Source: Ruminiclostridium sp. (GTDB lineage Bacteria; Bacillota; Clostridia; Oscillospirales; Ruminococcaceae). Taken from it: a stretch of DNA of 64,000 bases. The notes beneath the pieces are model-generated. The model made no database searches. It had not been told where the DNA came from and saw only the letters and a list, made by a program, of their open reading frames with translations. The position numbers and the translations under genes are program-made. This document shows positions 39,746 to 48,784 of this stretch, piece by piece. The stretch lies in NCBI GenBank assembly GCA_045602405.1, contig JAZSBN010000052.1, positions 6,193-70,192 of the forward strand. Direction: 5' to 3'. Each line of letters begins with the position of its first letter. Positions within the stretch are counted from its first letter, which is position 1.

Positions 39746-40432
39746 CTATAAACCATATTTTATCCTTATCCGTTCAAGCTTGTCTCCGAAGGGCTTTCCC
39801 AGGAAGAACAGGAAGATAAAATTAGAAACGGAATAAAGTATGGTATAAGGAACAGCGGTAAGAAGCGACGATAGATAAAGTGTCATATTAAAGCCCCCGT
39901 CATACCACATCACCGACCATACGTCCATTACAAGAGAATAGACTATTCCTGCCATAACGCCATAAATCAGAAGTAAAGCCCTGTGCTTTTTAAGAGGAGC
40001 GGAAAGATAGCCCGCTATAAGCCCGATAAGCCCCCAGGCAAGCATCTGAAAGGGCGTCCATGGCCCCTGACCGAAATAAAAATTTGAAATAAGGGCGGAA
40101 AGTGAGCCCACGAGAAAGCCAGCTTCCTTTCCGAGATATACCGCCGCAATAACGGTAATAGCCGTCACAGGCTTAAAGAAGGGGATAAATCTGCCCACAA
40201 CGCAGAGTGCAATCATGACAGCCGCTATTACCATACGTCTTGAGCCGATGTTTTTATTTTCGACGCCTGCCGTAAAAAGAAACAGGCTGAAAACCGCCGC
40301 ACAGAGAGAAATAATAAGATGCCGCTTTTCCGCCATGGCAGTTGAGCCGATTACCGCAAGAAGCGGTATTATCACGAAGGGCACAAGTATTTTCAAAGCT
40401 CTTTTAAGCCCGTTATTTTTTATAACTATCAT
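39746..40432 (-). CDS. cbrT: ECF S component, CbrT-like (cobalamin)
   Basis: FKPVTA, SNFYFGQGPWTPFQM; in B12-riboswitch operon. Confidence 0.8.
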   Translation of the reverse strand: MIVIKNNGLKRALKILVPFVIIPLLAVIGSTAMAEKRHLIISLCAAVFSLFLFTAGVENKNIGSRRMVIAAVMIALCVVGRFIPFFKPVTAITVIAAVYLGKEAGFLVGSLSALISNFYFGQGPWTPFQMLAWGLIGLIAGYLSAPLKKHRALLLIYGVMAGIVYSLVMDVWSVMWYDGGFNMTLYLSSLLTAVPYTILYSVSNFIFLFFLGKPFGDKLERIRIKYGL

Positions 40433-42060
40433 ACTGCACTTCCCTTATTTTTTAGACAAAGAGCCTCGACCTCACCGAGAGTAACGGCATTATCATAATG
40501 ACCGCGGCTTATGCGGCTTGCGGCGGTGGTATAGAAATTATTGTCGGAGAAGAGCCTGTCGGGAGTATCCACGGAGGCGATACCGCCCCTGAAAAAAAGC
40601 CCGCACCTGTCGCCGCATTCCGCCGCAAATTCAGCGTCATGAGTAACGATTATTATTGTCATGCCGTCAGCCTTCAGCTTTTTTATTACATCAGAAAGAC
40701 GGTTTTTCGAGTCGGCGTCAAGTCCCTTTGTAGGCTCGTCCATGAGAAGAAGCCTCGGCTTTGCTCCGAGAGTTTTTGCGAGGGCGACAAGCTGCTGTTC
40801 GCCGCCCGAAAGGTCGTAGGGGTGCTTACTGTAAAGAGGCGATAAATCGAATGGCAGAAGCTCTTCCCCTGCCTTTGCCTCAGAAAGCTCCTCGGCTACG
40901 GTATTTTTCATGAATATCGTCTGTACGTCCTGAGGAAGCATGGCGAGACATTCGCTGTAAAGGCTTCTGTTGATATATTTTCTGAGTGGTTTTCCGAAAA
41001 CCTCGATCTTACCGCTATAGGGCTTTATAAGATCTGCCGCCGCCGATAAGGCAGTAGTTTTTCCCGACCCGTTTCCGCCGAGAATACAGAATATCTCTCC
41101 CTCGTATACCGAAAGGCTGAGTCCCTTCAGAATATCGGGAGAATTTTTTTCATACCTGAAATAAACATCCTTAAAGGAAAGGGCTGTTTTTTCAGAATGT
41201 ACATAGGTGGGTCTTTCACATAGTCTTATATCGTTACGGAAATTATTCAGGAGAAATTTCCGCCCCTCTCTTACATCAAGGGGACATTCTCCGCCGACGT
41301 TAAGGCTGTGATAGAGTCTTACTGCCGCAGGCATAGAAAAAAGAAGCTTTTGGTTCTCTCCGATTTCTCCTGTTACCTTCCGAGGGGTATCACAGCAAAT
41401 CATCCTTCCTTTTTCAATTACCATAAGCCTGTCGCTTAAGGGTATAACCTCTTCAAGCCTGTGCTCAACCATAATTACCGTAAGACCAAGCTCACGGTTA
41501 AGCTTTTTGACAGTACCGATAAATTCCGAAGCGGCTATGGGGTCAAGCTGTGCGGTTGGTTCATCGAGAATCAGCACCGAGGGATTCATAACCATTACAG
41601 CGGCAAGATTTAAAAGCTGCTTCTGACCGCCCGAAAGCTCGCTTACGTCCTTTTCAAACCATTCCTCGATACCGAAATAAGCCGCCATTTCGGCAATCCT
41701 GCTATGAATAGCGCTTCTTTCCGTTCCGAGATTTTCAAGCCCGAAGGAAAGCTCGTGCCATACTTTATCCGTCACAAGCTGTTGTTCAGGCTTCTGCATG
41801 ACGAAACCTATTTCTCCTGCGGAAGTTCTTTCATCAAGCTCCGAAAGCTTCTTTCCGCAGTAATATACCTCGCCATCCTTGTCGCCCTTAGGAGCAAGCT
41901 CACGCTTTAGCATTCTCAGAAGCGTGGATTTTCCGCAGCCCGTTGAGCCGCAGACAGAGATAAATTCGCCCTGTTCAACGGAAAAGGAGATATTTTCGAG
42001 AGCCTTACCTTCGCAAAGGGGATAGGTAAAGCTCAGATTTTCAACTCTGAAAATTTCCAA
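40429..42060 (-). CDS. ECF transporter fused double ATPase
   Basis: GSTGCGKS and GGNGSGKT, two LSGG signatures. Confidence 0.92.
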   Translation of the reverse strand: MEIFRVENLSFTYPLCEGKALENISFSVEQGEFISVCGSTGCGKSTLLRMLKRELAPKGDKDGEVYYCGKKLSELDERTSAGEIGFVMQKPEQQLVTDKVWHELSFGLENLGTERSAIHSRIAEMAAYFGIEEWFEKDVSELSGGQKQLLNLAAVMVMNPSVLILDEPTAQLDPIAASEFIGTVKKLNRELGLTVIMVEHRLEEVIPLSDRLMVIEKGRMICCDTPRKVTGEIGENQKLLFSMPAAVRLYHSLNVGGECPLDVREGRKFLLNNFRNDIRLCERPTYVHSEKTALSFKDVYFRYEKNSPDILKGLSLSVYEGEIFCILGGNGSGKTTALSAAADLIKPYSGKIEVFGKPLRKYINRSLYSECLAMLPQDVQTIFMKNTVAEELSEAKAGEELLPFDLSPLYSKHPYDLSGGEQQLVALAKTLGAKPRLLLMDEPTKGLDADSKNRLSDVIKKLKADGMTIIIVTHDAEFAAECGDRCGLFFRGGIASVDTPDRLFSDNNFYTTAASRISRGHYDNAVTLGEVEALCLKNKGSAV

Positions 42061-42905
42061 CGTAAAGCCTCCTTTATCTCGATAATTGAGGGTAGAAAAA
42101 CAAGTATTCCATAGGAAATGTATGCAGTTATACTTCCTGCGTCCGTCTCAGGAAAGGAAAAATAAGGATAGTATGAGCCGCCCGTCATGCTGTGGCCGAA
42201 AAGAGTAAGAGCAGTAAGCGCCAACGACGAAATAAGAAGCAGTATGTCTCGGCTTCTCCAGCGGAAAAGAGAATAGCTTGTGCGTTTTCCTGTACCGTAG
42301 CCCCTTGCAGTCATACTGTCAGCGGTTACTATTCCGTTTTCAAGCCCCCAGGTTATCAGTATGCTGAAAACCTGAAGCCTGCCCTTCATCCTGTCGATTA
42401 TATTGTCATCCTTATACAGTCCGAGGGCCTTTCGTGAATTCTCCGTCTTTTTAAGCTGTCGGCTGAATAATGGAACAAAGCGGAGCGCCATTGAAAGAAT
42501 AAGGGAAAGCGTAGGAGATAACGCACCGAAAATATAAAGAAGCTTATCGCTTGTCATTATCTCGGTAAAGCTTCTGAAGCGATAAAGCACGGATATTATC
42601 ATAAGAGCGGAAAATATACCGTAGATAAGAGCTTCAAGGGTAACAGGATTATCATTCATAATAAAAATTACCGTTACGCCGTTATGATTGAAAAGCGGAT
42701 TTACTGCTGACATTACTATAAAAAAGAGAAGCGAAAAAAGATGAAAGCCCTTATCCTTAAGGCCGTTCCTTATAAGGCAGTACACCAACGCACTCACAAA
42801 GGAAAGGGCAAGAATAACGGGATTCATCGAAAACATAGCTATCGCCGCACCGCCAAGAATACAGACGGTAACGGCTATAGGATTGTAACAGTCAAAGCTC
42901 CGCAT
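42033..42905 (-). CDS. ECF T component
   Basis: ALRFVP, SMTARGYG. Confidence 0.9.
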   Translation of the reverse strand: MRSFDCYNPIAVTVCILGGAAIAMFSMNPVILALSFVSALVYCLIRNGLKDKGFHLFSLLFFIVMSAVNPLFNHNGVTVIFIMNDNPVTLEALIYGIFSALMIISVLYRFRSFTEIMTSDKLLYIFGALSPTLSLILSMALRFVPLFSRQLKKTENSRKALGLYKDDNIIDRMKGRLQVFSILITWGLENGIVTADSMTARGYGTGKRTSYSLFRWRSRDILLLISSLALTALTLFGHSMTGGSYYPYFSFPETDAGSITAYISYGILVFLPSIIEIKEALRWKFSELKI

Positions 42906-42914
42906 AATTTCACC

Positions 42915-44537
42915 TTACTTAAGGTCATTACCCATTTCACAGGTATATAACCACTCAATTCTGTCTCCGTCAGAAAGCTTATAGTCAGCACAATTCACCG
43001 AGGCAGATTCGCCATTCACGAAATACATCCAGCCTGATAAATCTCCGAAGTCAAATTCGTACAGATAATTCATTCCCGATATATAGGGCATATCGGAAGA
43101 GCCTGTATATTCAAGCTGTATACCATGCTTTTTTACGGCCTCAACAAGAATATCGAAAACGCTTTCGCCTTCTTCGATTAAAAAGCTGTCCTCTATAATT
43201 TTTCCGTCAGAAGGAATATACTCCCCATCGGATTTTCCCGTAACAGTATGACATCTCACGGAAAGTGTTACCGTTCCCACAGGGTTTTCCTTGACGGTAC
43301 TTTCTCCGTAATACTCTGAAGGAGTGCTGAACTCCGTGAAGCTTACGAAAAGTATTGCTCCTGCCGCAATAACAGCTACTACTATAATATTCTTGATGCT
43401 TCTTCGCTTCGTAGCAAGAAGTATTATTACAATTATCAGCGCCAACACCGCTATACTGAGAGAAGCCCACAGCTTATAGCTTAAAGGCTCTTTCTCGGGT
43501 ACAGTATCATTTTCTTCCGCTTCCTCTGTTGCAGTAGTCTCCTGTGAAGGTGCGTCTGTAACAGCTTCCTCAGCAGAAGGCTCGTTCACACCAATGATAT
43601 AATAGGGCGCCTTCTCCTCGTTCATACGGATATAGGCAATAAGCGAAGAGAAAACCTGTACCGTAGCCATGTCGGAGTATTCCTCTTCATAGCCGTGGCT
43701 GTAGCCGCCATTTTCCTTCAGGAAAAGCTTCAACGCGTCAAAAACGGTATTTCCGTCCTTGATAAAACGCTCGTCGCTTACAGGGTCAATACCGATAGAT
43801 GACAACGCAATAATAACCTGCGCCGTACTTTCGGAATTCGGTACGCCGTAGCTTGAAAAGCTTCCATCCTGAAGCTGTCTTACAGAGAGTAATTCTACCG
43901 CACTGTCCACAACCTCTCTTACCTGTTCATCACTTTCGTAGTAAGGCGCAAGAGCTTGAACTGTCATAGCGGTTACGTCAACGTCTCCTGTATCTCCTCT
44001 TATCGCCCAGCCTCCGTCAGAGGTTTTCATGGATAACAGAGTTCCGATTACCTCGTCGGTGGTAAAGCGTGAGGAGGTATATCCGTTATTCATGATATGG
44101 AGCCCGTAGACCCAGCTCATTATTCCCTGTTCGCCTATAGCACCATCAAGAATTTCCGTGATCTTCTCCTCGTTTCCGCCTGAGGGAATAAGAAGAAGCC
44201 CGTATTTGAGCCGTGTAACGGCGGAGCGTATTTCGTTCTCCGAAATATATTTTCCCAGAGCCTTTCCGTAAGCGGTAAAATCATAACTACCGCTCTGGTT
44301 AAGAGCAAGCACATACCATTCCGAATTTTTTCCTGCATTTTCAGTAAGCTCGCCGTCTATCCATTCCTGAAGGCTGTCCGCCTCCCCGGAAGCAAGCTTT
44401 AAATCCAGTATACCGTCGGCAAGGCTCTTAGCCTCACCGACAGCATTACTGCCTTCCGCCGAAACGGTTACTCCGCCGAAAACAAGAACAAGTGAAAGAA
44501 AAAAGCTTACTGCAAATTTTAAAAGCTTATTTTTCAT
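42915..44537 (-). CDS. Secreted alpha-barrel (prenyltransferase/squalene-cyclase-like repeats) + TM hairpin + DUF4430 domain
   Basis: Signal peptide; repeats KTSDGGW, DVDVTAMTVQAL, QLQDGSF, NSESTAQVIIAL; C-terminal YLYEFDFGDLSGWMYFVNG. Confidence 0.8.
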   Translation of the reverse strand: MKNKLLKFAVSFFLSLVLVFGGVTVSAEGSNAVGEAKSLADGILDLKLASGEADSLQEWIDGELTENAGKNSEWYVLALNQSGSYDFTAYGKALGKYISENEIRSAVTRLKYGLLLIPSGGNEEKITEILDGAIGEQGIMSWVYGLHIMNNGYTSSRFTTDEVIGTLLSMKTSDGGWAIRGDTGDVDVTAMTVQALAPYYESDEQVREVVDSAVELLSVRQLQDGSFSSYGVPNSESTAQVIIALSSIGIDPVSDERFIKDGNTVFDALKLFLKENGGYSHGYEEEYSDMATVQVFSSLIAYIRMNEEKAPYYIIGVNEPSAEEAVTDAPSQETTATEEAEENDTVPEKEPLSYKLWASLSIAVLALIIVIILLATKRRSIKNIIVVAVIAAGAILFVSFTEFSTPSEYYGESTVKENPVGTVTLSVRCHTVTGKSDGEYIPSDGKIIEDSFLIEEGESVFDILVEAVKKHGIQLEYTGSSDMPYISGMNYLYEFDFGDLSGWMYFVNGESASVNCADYKLSDGDRIEWLYTCEMGNDLK

Positions 44538-45363
44538 TTTTTCTCATACTATTTCTTGCACAGTATACTGCACAAGCGGCAACCATGGCAAGTCCGCCGA
44601 AAACCGCAACAGATTCAACGCCTGTATCGGGGTTGTCCTTTGATACCTCTGCTGCTGTGTCGGAAGAAGCCTCCTTTGCGGAAATTTCCGCAATACAAAC
44701 AGGCGGAACAAGAGTCATAGCGTCGGATACCGCGCTTATAACTACCGAGCCTGCATTAGAAACTGTGATTTCCGCTTTACCCTCGCTGTCGGTAACATAT
44801 TCGGTAGCTTCGCCGTTAAAGGTGATTACTGCACCCTCTACGGGAAGGGTTATGGGAGCGAAGCTTTCATCATAGCCTGCGGCAGAAAGAGTAAGTGTAA
44901 TCTTCTCGCCCTGTTCGGCTTTCGCTGTGTCCGTGTCAAAGAAGCTGTAGGTATCCGACCATGCTGTTAAATCAGTGTAAATATATGCATAAACATGATC
45001 GCCGTCCCTAACGGTATCATTAAGGCTCATAGCCGAAGCGTTATTTACACAATAACCGTAGCTTCCGCCATTGTCCACGCCCCAGAGCTTCTTTATCGCT
45101 CTTCCGTAGTCTCCGTCATAGGCTTCATAGCCGTCCTCGCCATTGTAGCTTGCTTCATGAGCCGCAGAAAGTGCCTCGTCAATATCAAAAGCTCCGTCGC
45201 CGTTGATGTCAGTTACAGTAACCTTTTCCCTTGCCATAGCAAGCTTTCCGTTTTCGTCCGCTACAGAAACATAAACCTCTGCCGAAGCCTCCGCCGAAGC
45301 TGTTACAGCTAATGCGCCTGTCGCTAAAATTCCGCTTAATAAAACAGTTAATGTCTTTTTCAT
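44527..45363 (-). CDS. Cell-wall-anchored DUF4430-like protein
   Basis: Signal peptide; KLWGVDNGGSYGYCVNN; C-terminal NPDTG, hydrophobic stretch and basic tail. Confidence 0.75.
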   Translation of the reverse strand: MKKTLTVLLSGILATGALAVTASAEASAEVYVSVADENGKLAMAREKVTVTDINGDGAFDIDEALSAAHEASYNGEDGYEAYDGDYGRAIKKLWGVDNGGSYGYCVNNASAMSLNDTVRDGDHVYAYIYTDLTAWSDTYSFFDTDTAKAEQGEKITLTLSAAGYDESFAPITLPVEGAVITFNGEATEYVTDSEGKAEITVSNAGSVVISAVSDAMTLVPPVCIAEISAKEASSDTAAEVSKDNPDTGVESVAVFGGLAMVAACAVYCARNSMRKNEK

Positions 45364-45366
45364 TTT

Positions 45367-45624
45367 TTATACCTCGTTTTCATTTTTCGGGCTGTCGTTT
45401 TTACTGCTCTTTCGGGTAGGAGTACTGCCCGTTTCCTTCTCCTTACAGGATTTTCTTTCCTTTAGTCCTGCCGCCTCGAGAGCTCTTGGCCACGGCCCGA
45501 GAAATGCCTTTATACGGGATCTGGTAACTTCATCGAAATCATCCTTCTTAGGCATTCTTCCCAGCTCATGGCTCTTATTTCTTAAAAGTTCTACCGCCCA
45601 GCCCTTTTTTTCCTCTGAAATCAC
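45367..45624 (-). CDS. Small protein resembling the homing-endonuclease-associated repeat
   Basis: ELGRMP....LGPWPRALEAAGL; AAAAGGAGG favours GTG start at 45624. Confidence 0.7.
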   Translation of the reverse strand: MISEEKKGWAVELLRNKSHELGRMPKKDDFDEVTRSRIKAFLGPWPRALEAAGLKERKSCKEKETGSTPTRKSSKNDSPKNENEV

Positions 45625-45645
45625 ATTATCCCTCCTTTTCATGAA

Positions 45646-45678
45646 ATAAAAAGCTCCCCGAGCCTAAGGTCAGGGAGC
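45646..45678 (-). terminator. Riboswitch-controlled terminator
   Basis: GCTCCC/GGGAGC stem followed by UUUUUAUUU on the minus strand. Confidence 0.75.
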
Positions 45679-45803
45679 ACAACAGACTTATTGCACAGCA
45701 AATCAAAGCCCCCGAAAACGACAAATCGCACAGGAAGCTATAAGCTGTAAAATAAAATCGGTTGCACTCTTCTCACCAAAGCAGCGGTTAACCTTATAAA
45801 GCT

Positions 45804-45980
45804 ACGGCAGGTATCCTGACTTATGACGAAGCCTGCGGCTGCGGAAGGGGCCTTCTCAGGATTATCCCAATGGCTTTTCCCGTTCCTCTTGTCAATTACA
45901 GTAATGGCGGTTGTTCCGGATTCTGACCGGATTCCCTCTTGGCCTACTAAGCTTATGCCTTTCGGAACCGTAACCTCTTA
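45804..45980 (-). ncRNA. Cobalamin riboswitch
   Basis: GGGAATCCGGT..AATCCGG...ACTGTAA...GCCA.TG...GAAGG...AAGTCAGGATACCTGCC; promoter TTGAAA-N17-TATACT at 46027-46000. Confidence 0.93.
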
Positions 45981-46092
45981 TTTCATTTTTGATGTATACA
46001 GTATATCACATCGGCAATAATTTTTCAATAACAAAATTTTAAGATTATTTCCTCCCTGTGCTCCTGTTTTTATGCAGTATCATTAAAACAGG

Positions 46093-46133
46093 AAAAGCAG
46101 ATGCCCTGTATTACGGAAATACAGGGCGTCTGC
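46093..46133 (-). terminator. Terminator after the 58-aa gene
   Basis: 14-bp stem with one mismatch, then UUUU. Confidence 0.75.
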
Positions 46134-46167
46134 GTATAGAAAGAAAGTGAAGGGTGAAGAAATGAGC

Positions 46168-46344
46168 TTATCTGTACTTATGCTTGTTCTTGTCAATATA
46201 TTCCTGCTCCCAGGGTGACGGTTTGAATGCAGGATGACGAGCATAGAATCCTCCGGACTGATTGTACTTATGAGCCTTGTAGCTGTCAGAAATATTTTCC
46301 GTTACGCCGATTGCGATAGCTAATAATAACCAGAATAAGAACAT
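46168..46344 (-). CDS. 58-aa small protein (absent from ORF track)
   Basis: GGAGG 8 nt upstream of ATG; hydrophobic N-terminus; own terminator. Confidence 0.7.
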   Translation of the reverse strand: MFLFWLLLAIAIGVTENISDSYKAHKYNQSGGFYARHPAFKPSPWEQEYIDKNKHKYR

Positions 46345-46577
46345 AGTGTGTACCTCCGTCGCTGTATTTAAGTGTATTTGTTTTCCTTGATTACTATTAT
46401 ACTCGGTTTATGTCCCATAAAAAGGACTGAAACACAGTTTTTATATAATTTTACATATCATACAGAGGACAATAGTAATAATGTGTATGCTACATATCAT
46501 TCAGTTGACTTTTCTATTAAAATATGGTATCATTTCTCTTGTGTTTATTATAAATTGAACTATACGGAGGTACTGCT

Positions 46578-48203
46578 ATGGCATGGCATGATGAAGCAGT
46601 TTTTTATCACATATACCCCCTTGGAATGACAGGTGCACCCAAGGAAAACAGCTACGGCGAGCCTGTATCAAGGCTCAGCACACTTATTCCATGGATTTCT
46701 CATATTAAGAAGCACGGTTTTAACGCTTTATATATAGGTCCTCTTTTTGAATCGGTAGGTCACGGCTACGAAACAACCGATTACAAGAAGCTTGACAGCA
46801 GACTTGGCACAAACAAGGATCTCGCCGACTTTGTGGCTGAATGTCACAGGCAGGACGTAAGGGTTATTTTAGACGGCGTTTTCAATCACACAGGCAGAGA
46901 CTTTTTCGCATTTAAGGATATCAAGGAAAAAAGAGAAGCGTCACAGTACAAGGATTGGTACTGCAACGTTAATTTCGGCGGAAACAACGAATATAACGAC
47001 GGTTTTTCCTATGAAAACTGGGGCGGATATAATCTTCTCGCCAAGCTTAATCAGCACAATCAGGCGGTAAAGGATTATATCTGTGAGGTTATCCGCTTCT
47101 GGGTAAAGGAATTTGATATCGACGGTATACGTCTCGACGCCGCAGACGTCCTCGATTTTTCCTATATGCAGGCTCTCCGCAGAACTGCAAACGAGGTGAA
47201 GCCCGATTTCTGGCTTATGGGCGAGGTTATCCACGGCGACTACACACGCTGGGTAAACGAAGGAACTTTACATTCAGTTACAAACTACCAGCTTCACAAG
47301 GCACTCTATTCAGGTCACAACGACCACAATTATTTTGAAATAGCACATACTGTAAAAAGACTTTACGAGATGGGCGGAAACAAGCTTAAGCTTTATAATT
47401 TCGTGGATAACCACGATGTAGAACGTATTTACACAAAGCTTAACAACAAGAAGCATTTCACTCCCGTCCACATCCTTATGTACACTCTCCCCGGTGTACC
47501 CTCCGTTTATTATGGCTCTGAGTTCGGTATCGAGGGGGCTAAGGAAAAATACTCCGACGATTCCTTAAGACCCTTTATTGATATTGAAAGGTATATTGCC
47601 GATGCCGAAACCAATCCTTTTACAAGGCATATTTCTGCCTTAGGCGAAATCCGTCAGCAGACAAAGGCTCTTTCCTACGGCGATTACAAGGAGCTTATGC
47701 TTACAAACAGGCAGTACGCCTTTTCGAGAGGCAATGTAATTGTTTCGGTGAATAACGACGACAACGAAGCCGAAATTTCTCTCCCTGCAGTATGCATGGA
47801 ATATGTCGGTGCCCTTTCAGGCGAGAAGGTTACTGCAAGCGGCGGAAGAATCGCAGTCCGTATCAAGGCCTGCTCGGGCGAAATATGGGTTCCTACAGAG
47901 GACGGAAGAAATTACAAGCCTGTTGAAACAGTTATCGAGATGAAATCTCCCGAGCCTGAAATAAAGCAGGAGGACAAGAAGGAGGCTTTAGCCGAAATCA
48001 GGACAGAAGCCAAAGCCGAGACTGAAAAGGCTGTTGAAATTCCGAAGAATAAGTCCTACGAGGAAATGACCGTCGAGGAATTACAGCTCTGCATTATCGA
48101 AAAAATGAGGAAGAACGGACCCGTTACCGAGAGAATGGCGAAGGACGTTTATGAAAACAACCACCATGGCTCTCTTTTAAACTGGGTAAGAAGCTTCAAT
48201 TAA
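46578..48203 (+). CDS. GH13 alpha-amylase/maltodextrin glucosidase-like enzyme with C-terminal extension
   Basis: DGVFNH, GIRLDAAD, GEVIHGD, NFVDNHD. Confidence 0.9.
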   Translation: MAWHDEAVFYHIYPLGMTGAPKENSYGEPVSRLSTLIPWISHIKKHGFNALYIGPLFESVGHGYETTDYKKLDSRLGTNKDLADFVAECHRQDVRVILDGVFNHTGRDFFAFKDIKEKREASQYKDWYCNVNFGGNNEYNDGFSYENWGGYNLLAKLNQHNQAVKDYICEVIRFWVKEFDIDGIRLDAADVLDFSYMQALRRTANEVKPDFWLMGEVIHGDYTRWVNEGTLHSVTNYQLHKALYSGHNDHNYFEIAHTVKRLYEMGGNKLKLYNFVDNHDVERIYTKLNNKKHFTPVHILMYTLPGVPSVYYGSEFGIEGAKEKYSDDSLRPFIDIERYIADAETNPFTRHISALGEIRQQTKALSYGDYKELMLTNRQYAFSRGNVIVSVNNDDNEAEISLPAVCMEYVGALSGEKVTASGGRIAVRIKACSGEIWVPTEDGRNYKPVETVIEMKSPEPEIKQEDKKEALAEIRTEAKAETEKAVEIPKNKSYEEMTVEELQLCIIEKMRKNGPVTERMAKDVYENNHHGSLLNWVRSFN

Positions 48204-48224
48204 ATTTTTACTGCGGCATAGCTA

Positions 48225-48262
48225 AAGGGTATCATGTTTCGGCATGATACCCTTATTTTTTT
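48225..48262 (+). terminator. Terminator
   Basis: 12-bp inverted repeat followed by T-run. Confidence 0.8.
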
Positions 48263-48358
48263 CACTTTAACAATTCTTAAACATTTCAAAAACATCTTGA
48301 AAACACAAGGGCATTATAATAAAGTCATGATAAAACAAAAAACAAGGAGGACTTTATT

Positions 48359-48742
48359 ATGAACAGAAACGATACAGAATTTATGGTGCAGAAAATCCGT
48401 ACACAGTACATGGAAAAGGACAGCGGAGAGAAGAATCTCGACTTACTCCGTGAGCTTGACGCAGAAGTAAAACACCCTGCAAATCTCTTCGGTTATATTT
48501 TCGGAAGTATCGGCGCAATCGTAATGGGAGCAGGCATGAGCCTTATCATGACCGATATCGGCGCACAGATAGGCATCGAAAACACAATGCCTGTCGGAAT
48601 TATCGTAGGTATAATCGGTATGGTTATGGTGCTCATAAACTATCCGATATATAAGAATATCCTCTCTTCAAGAAAAGAAAAATATGCTGAAAGAATTCTT
48701 GCGCTCAGCGAGAAGATTATGGCTGACAACAAAAGCATCTGA
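48359..48742 (+). CDS. Small 2-TM membrane protein (paralog A)
   Basis: AAGGAGG RBS; homologous to 48785-49153. Confidence 0.8.
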   Translation: MNRNDTEFMVQKIRTQYMEKDSGEKNLDLLRELDAEVKHPANLFGYIFGSIGAIVMGAGMSLIMTDIGAQIGIENTMPVGIIVGIIGMVMVLINYPIYKNILSSRKEKYAERILALSEKIMADNKSI

Positions 48743-48755
48743 CGGATAACAGAAA

Positions 48756-48780
48756 ACCGTGCTGATTATTTCAGCACGGT
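48756..48780. terminator. Probable bidirectional terminator
   Basis: ACCGTGCTGA/TCAGCACGGT between convergent paralogs. Confidence 0.7.
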
Positions 48781-48784
48781 CTCT

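Noticed and set aside
45200-45225. Dockerin-like DINGDG loop in the NPDTG protein
   Set aside because: Single loop without the duplicated dockerin repeat
45823-46020. 65-aa plus-strand ORF
   Set aside because: Antisense to the cobalamin riboswitch
46372-46629. 85-aa plus-strand ORF
   Set aside because: AT-rich promoter region of the GH13 gene, overlaps it out of frame, no clear RBS
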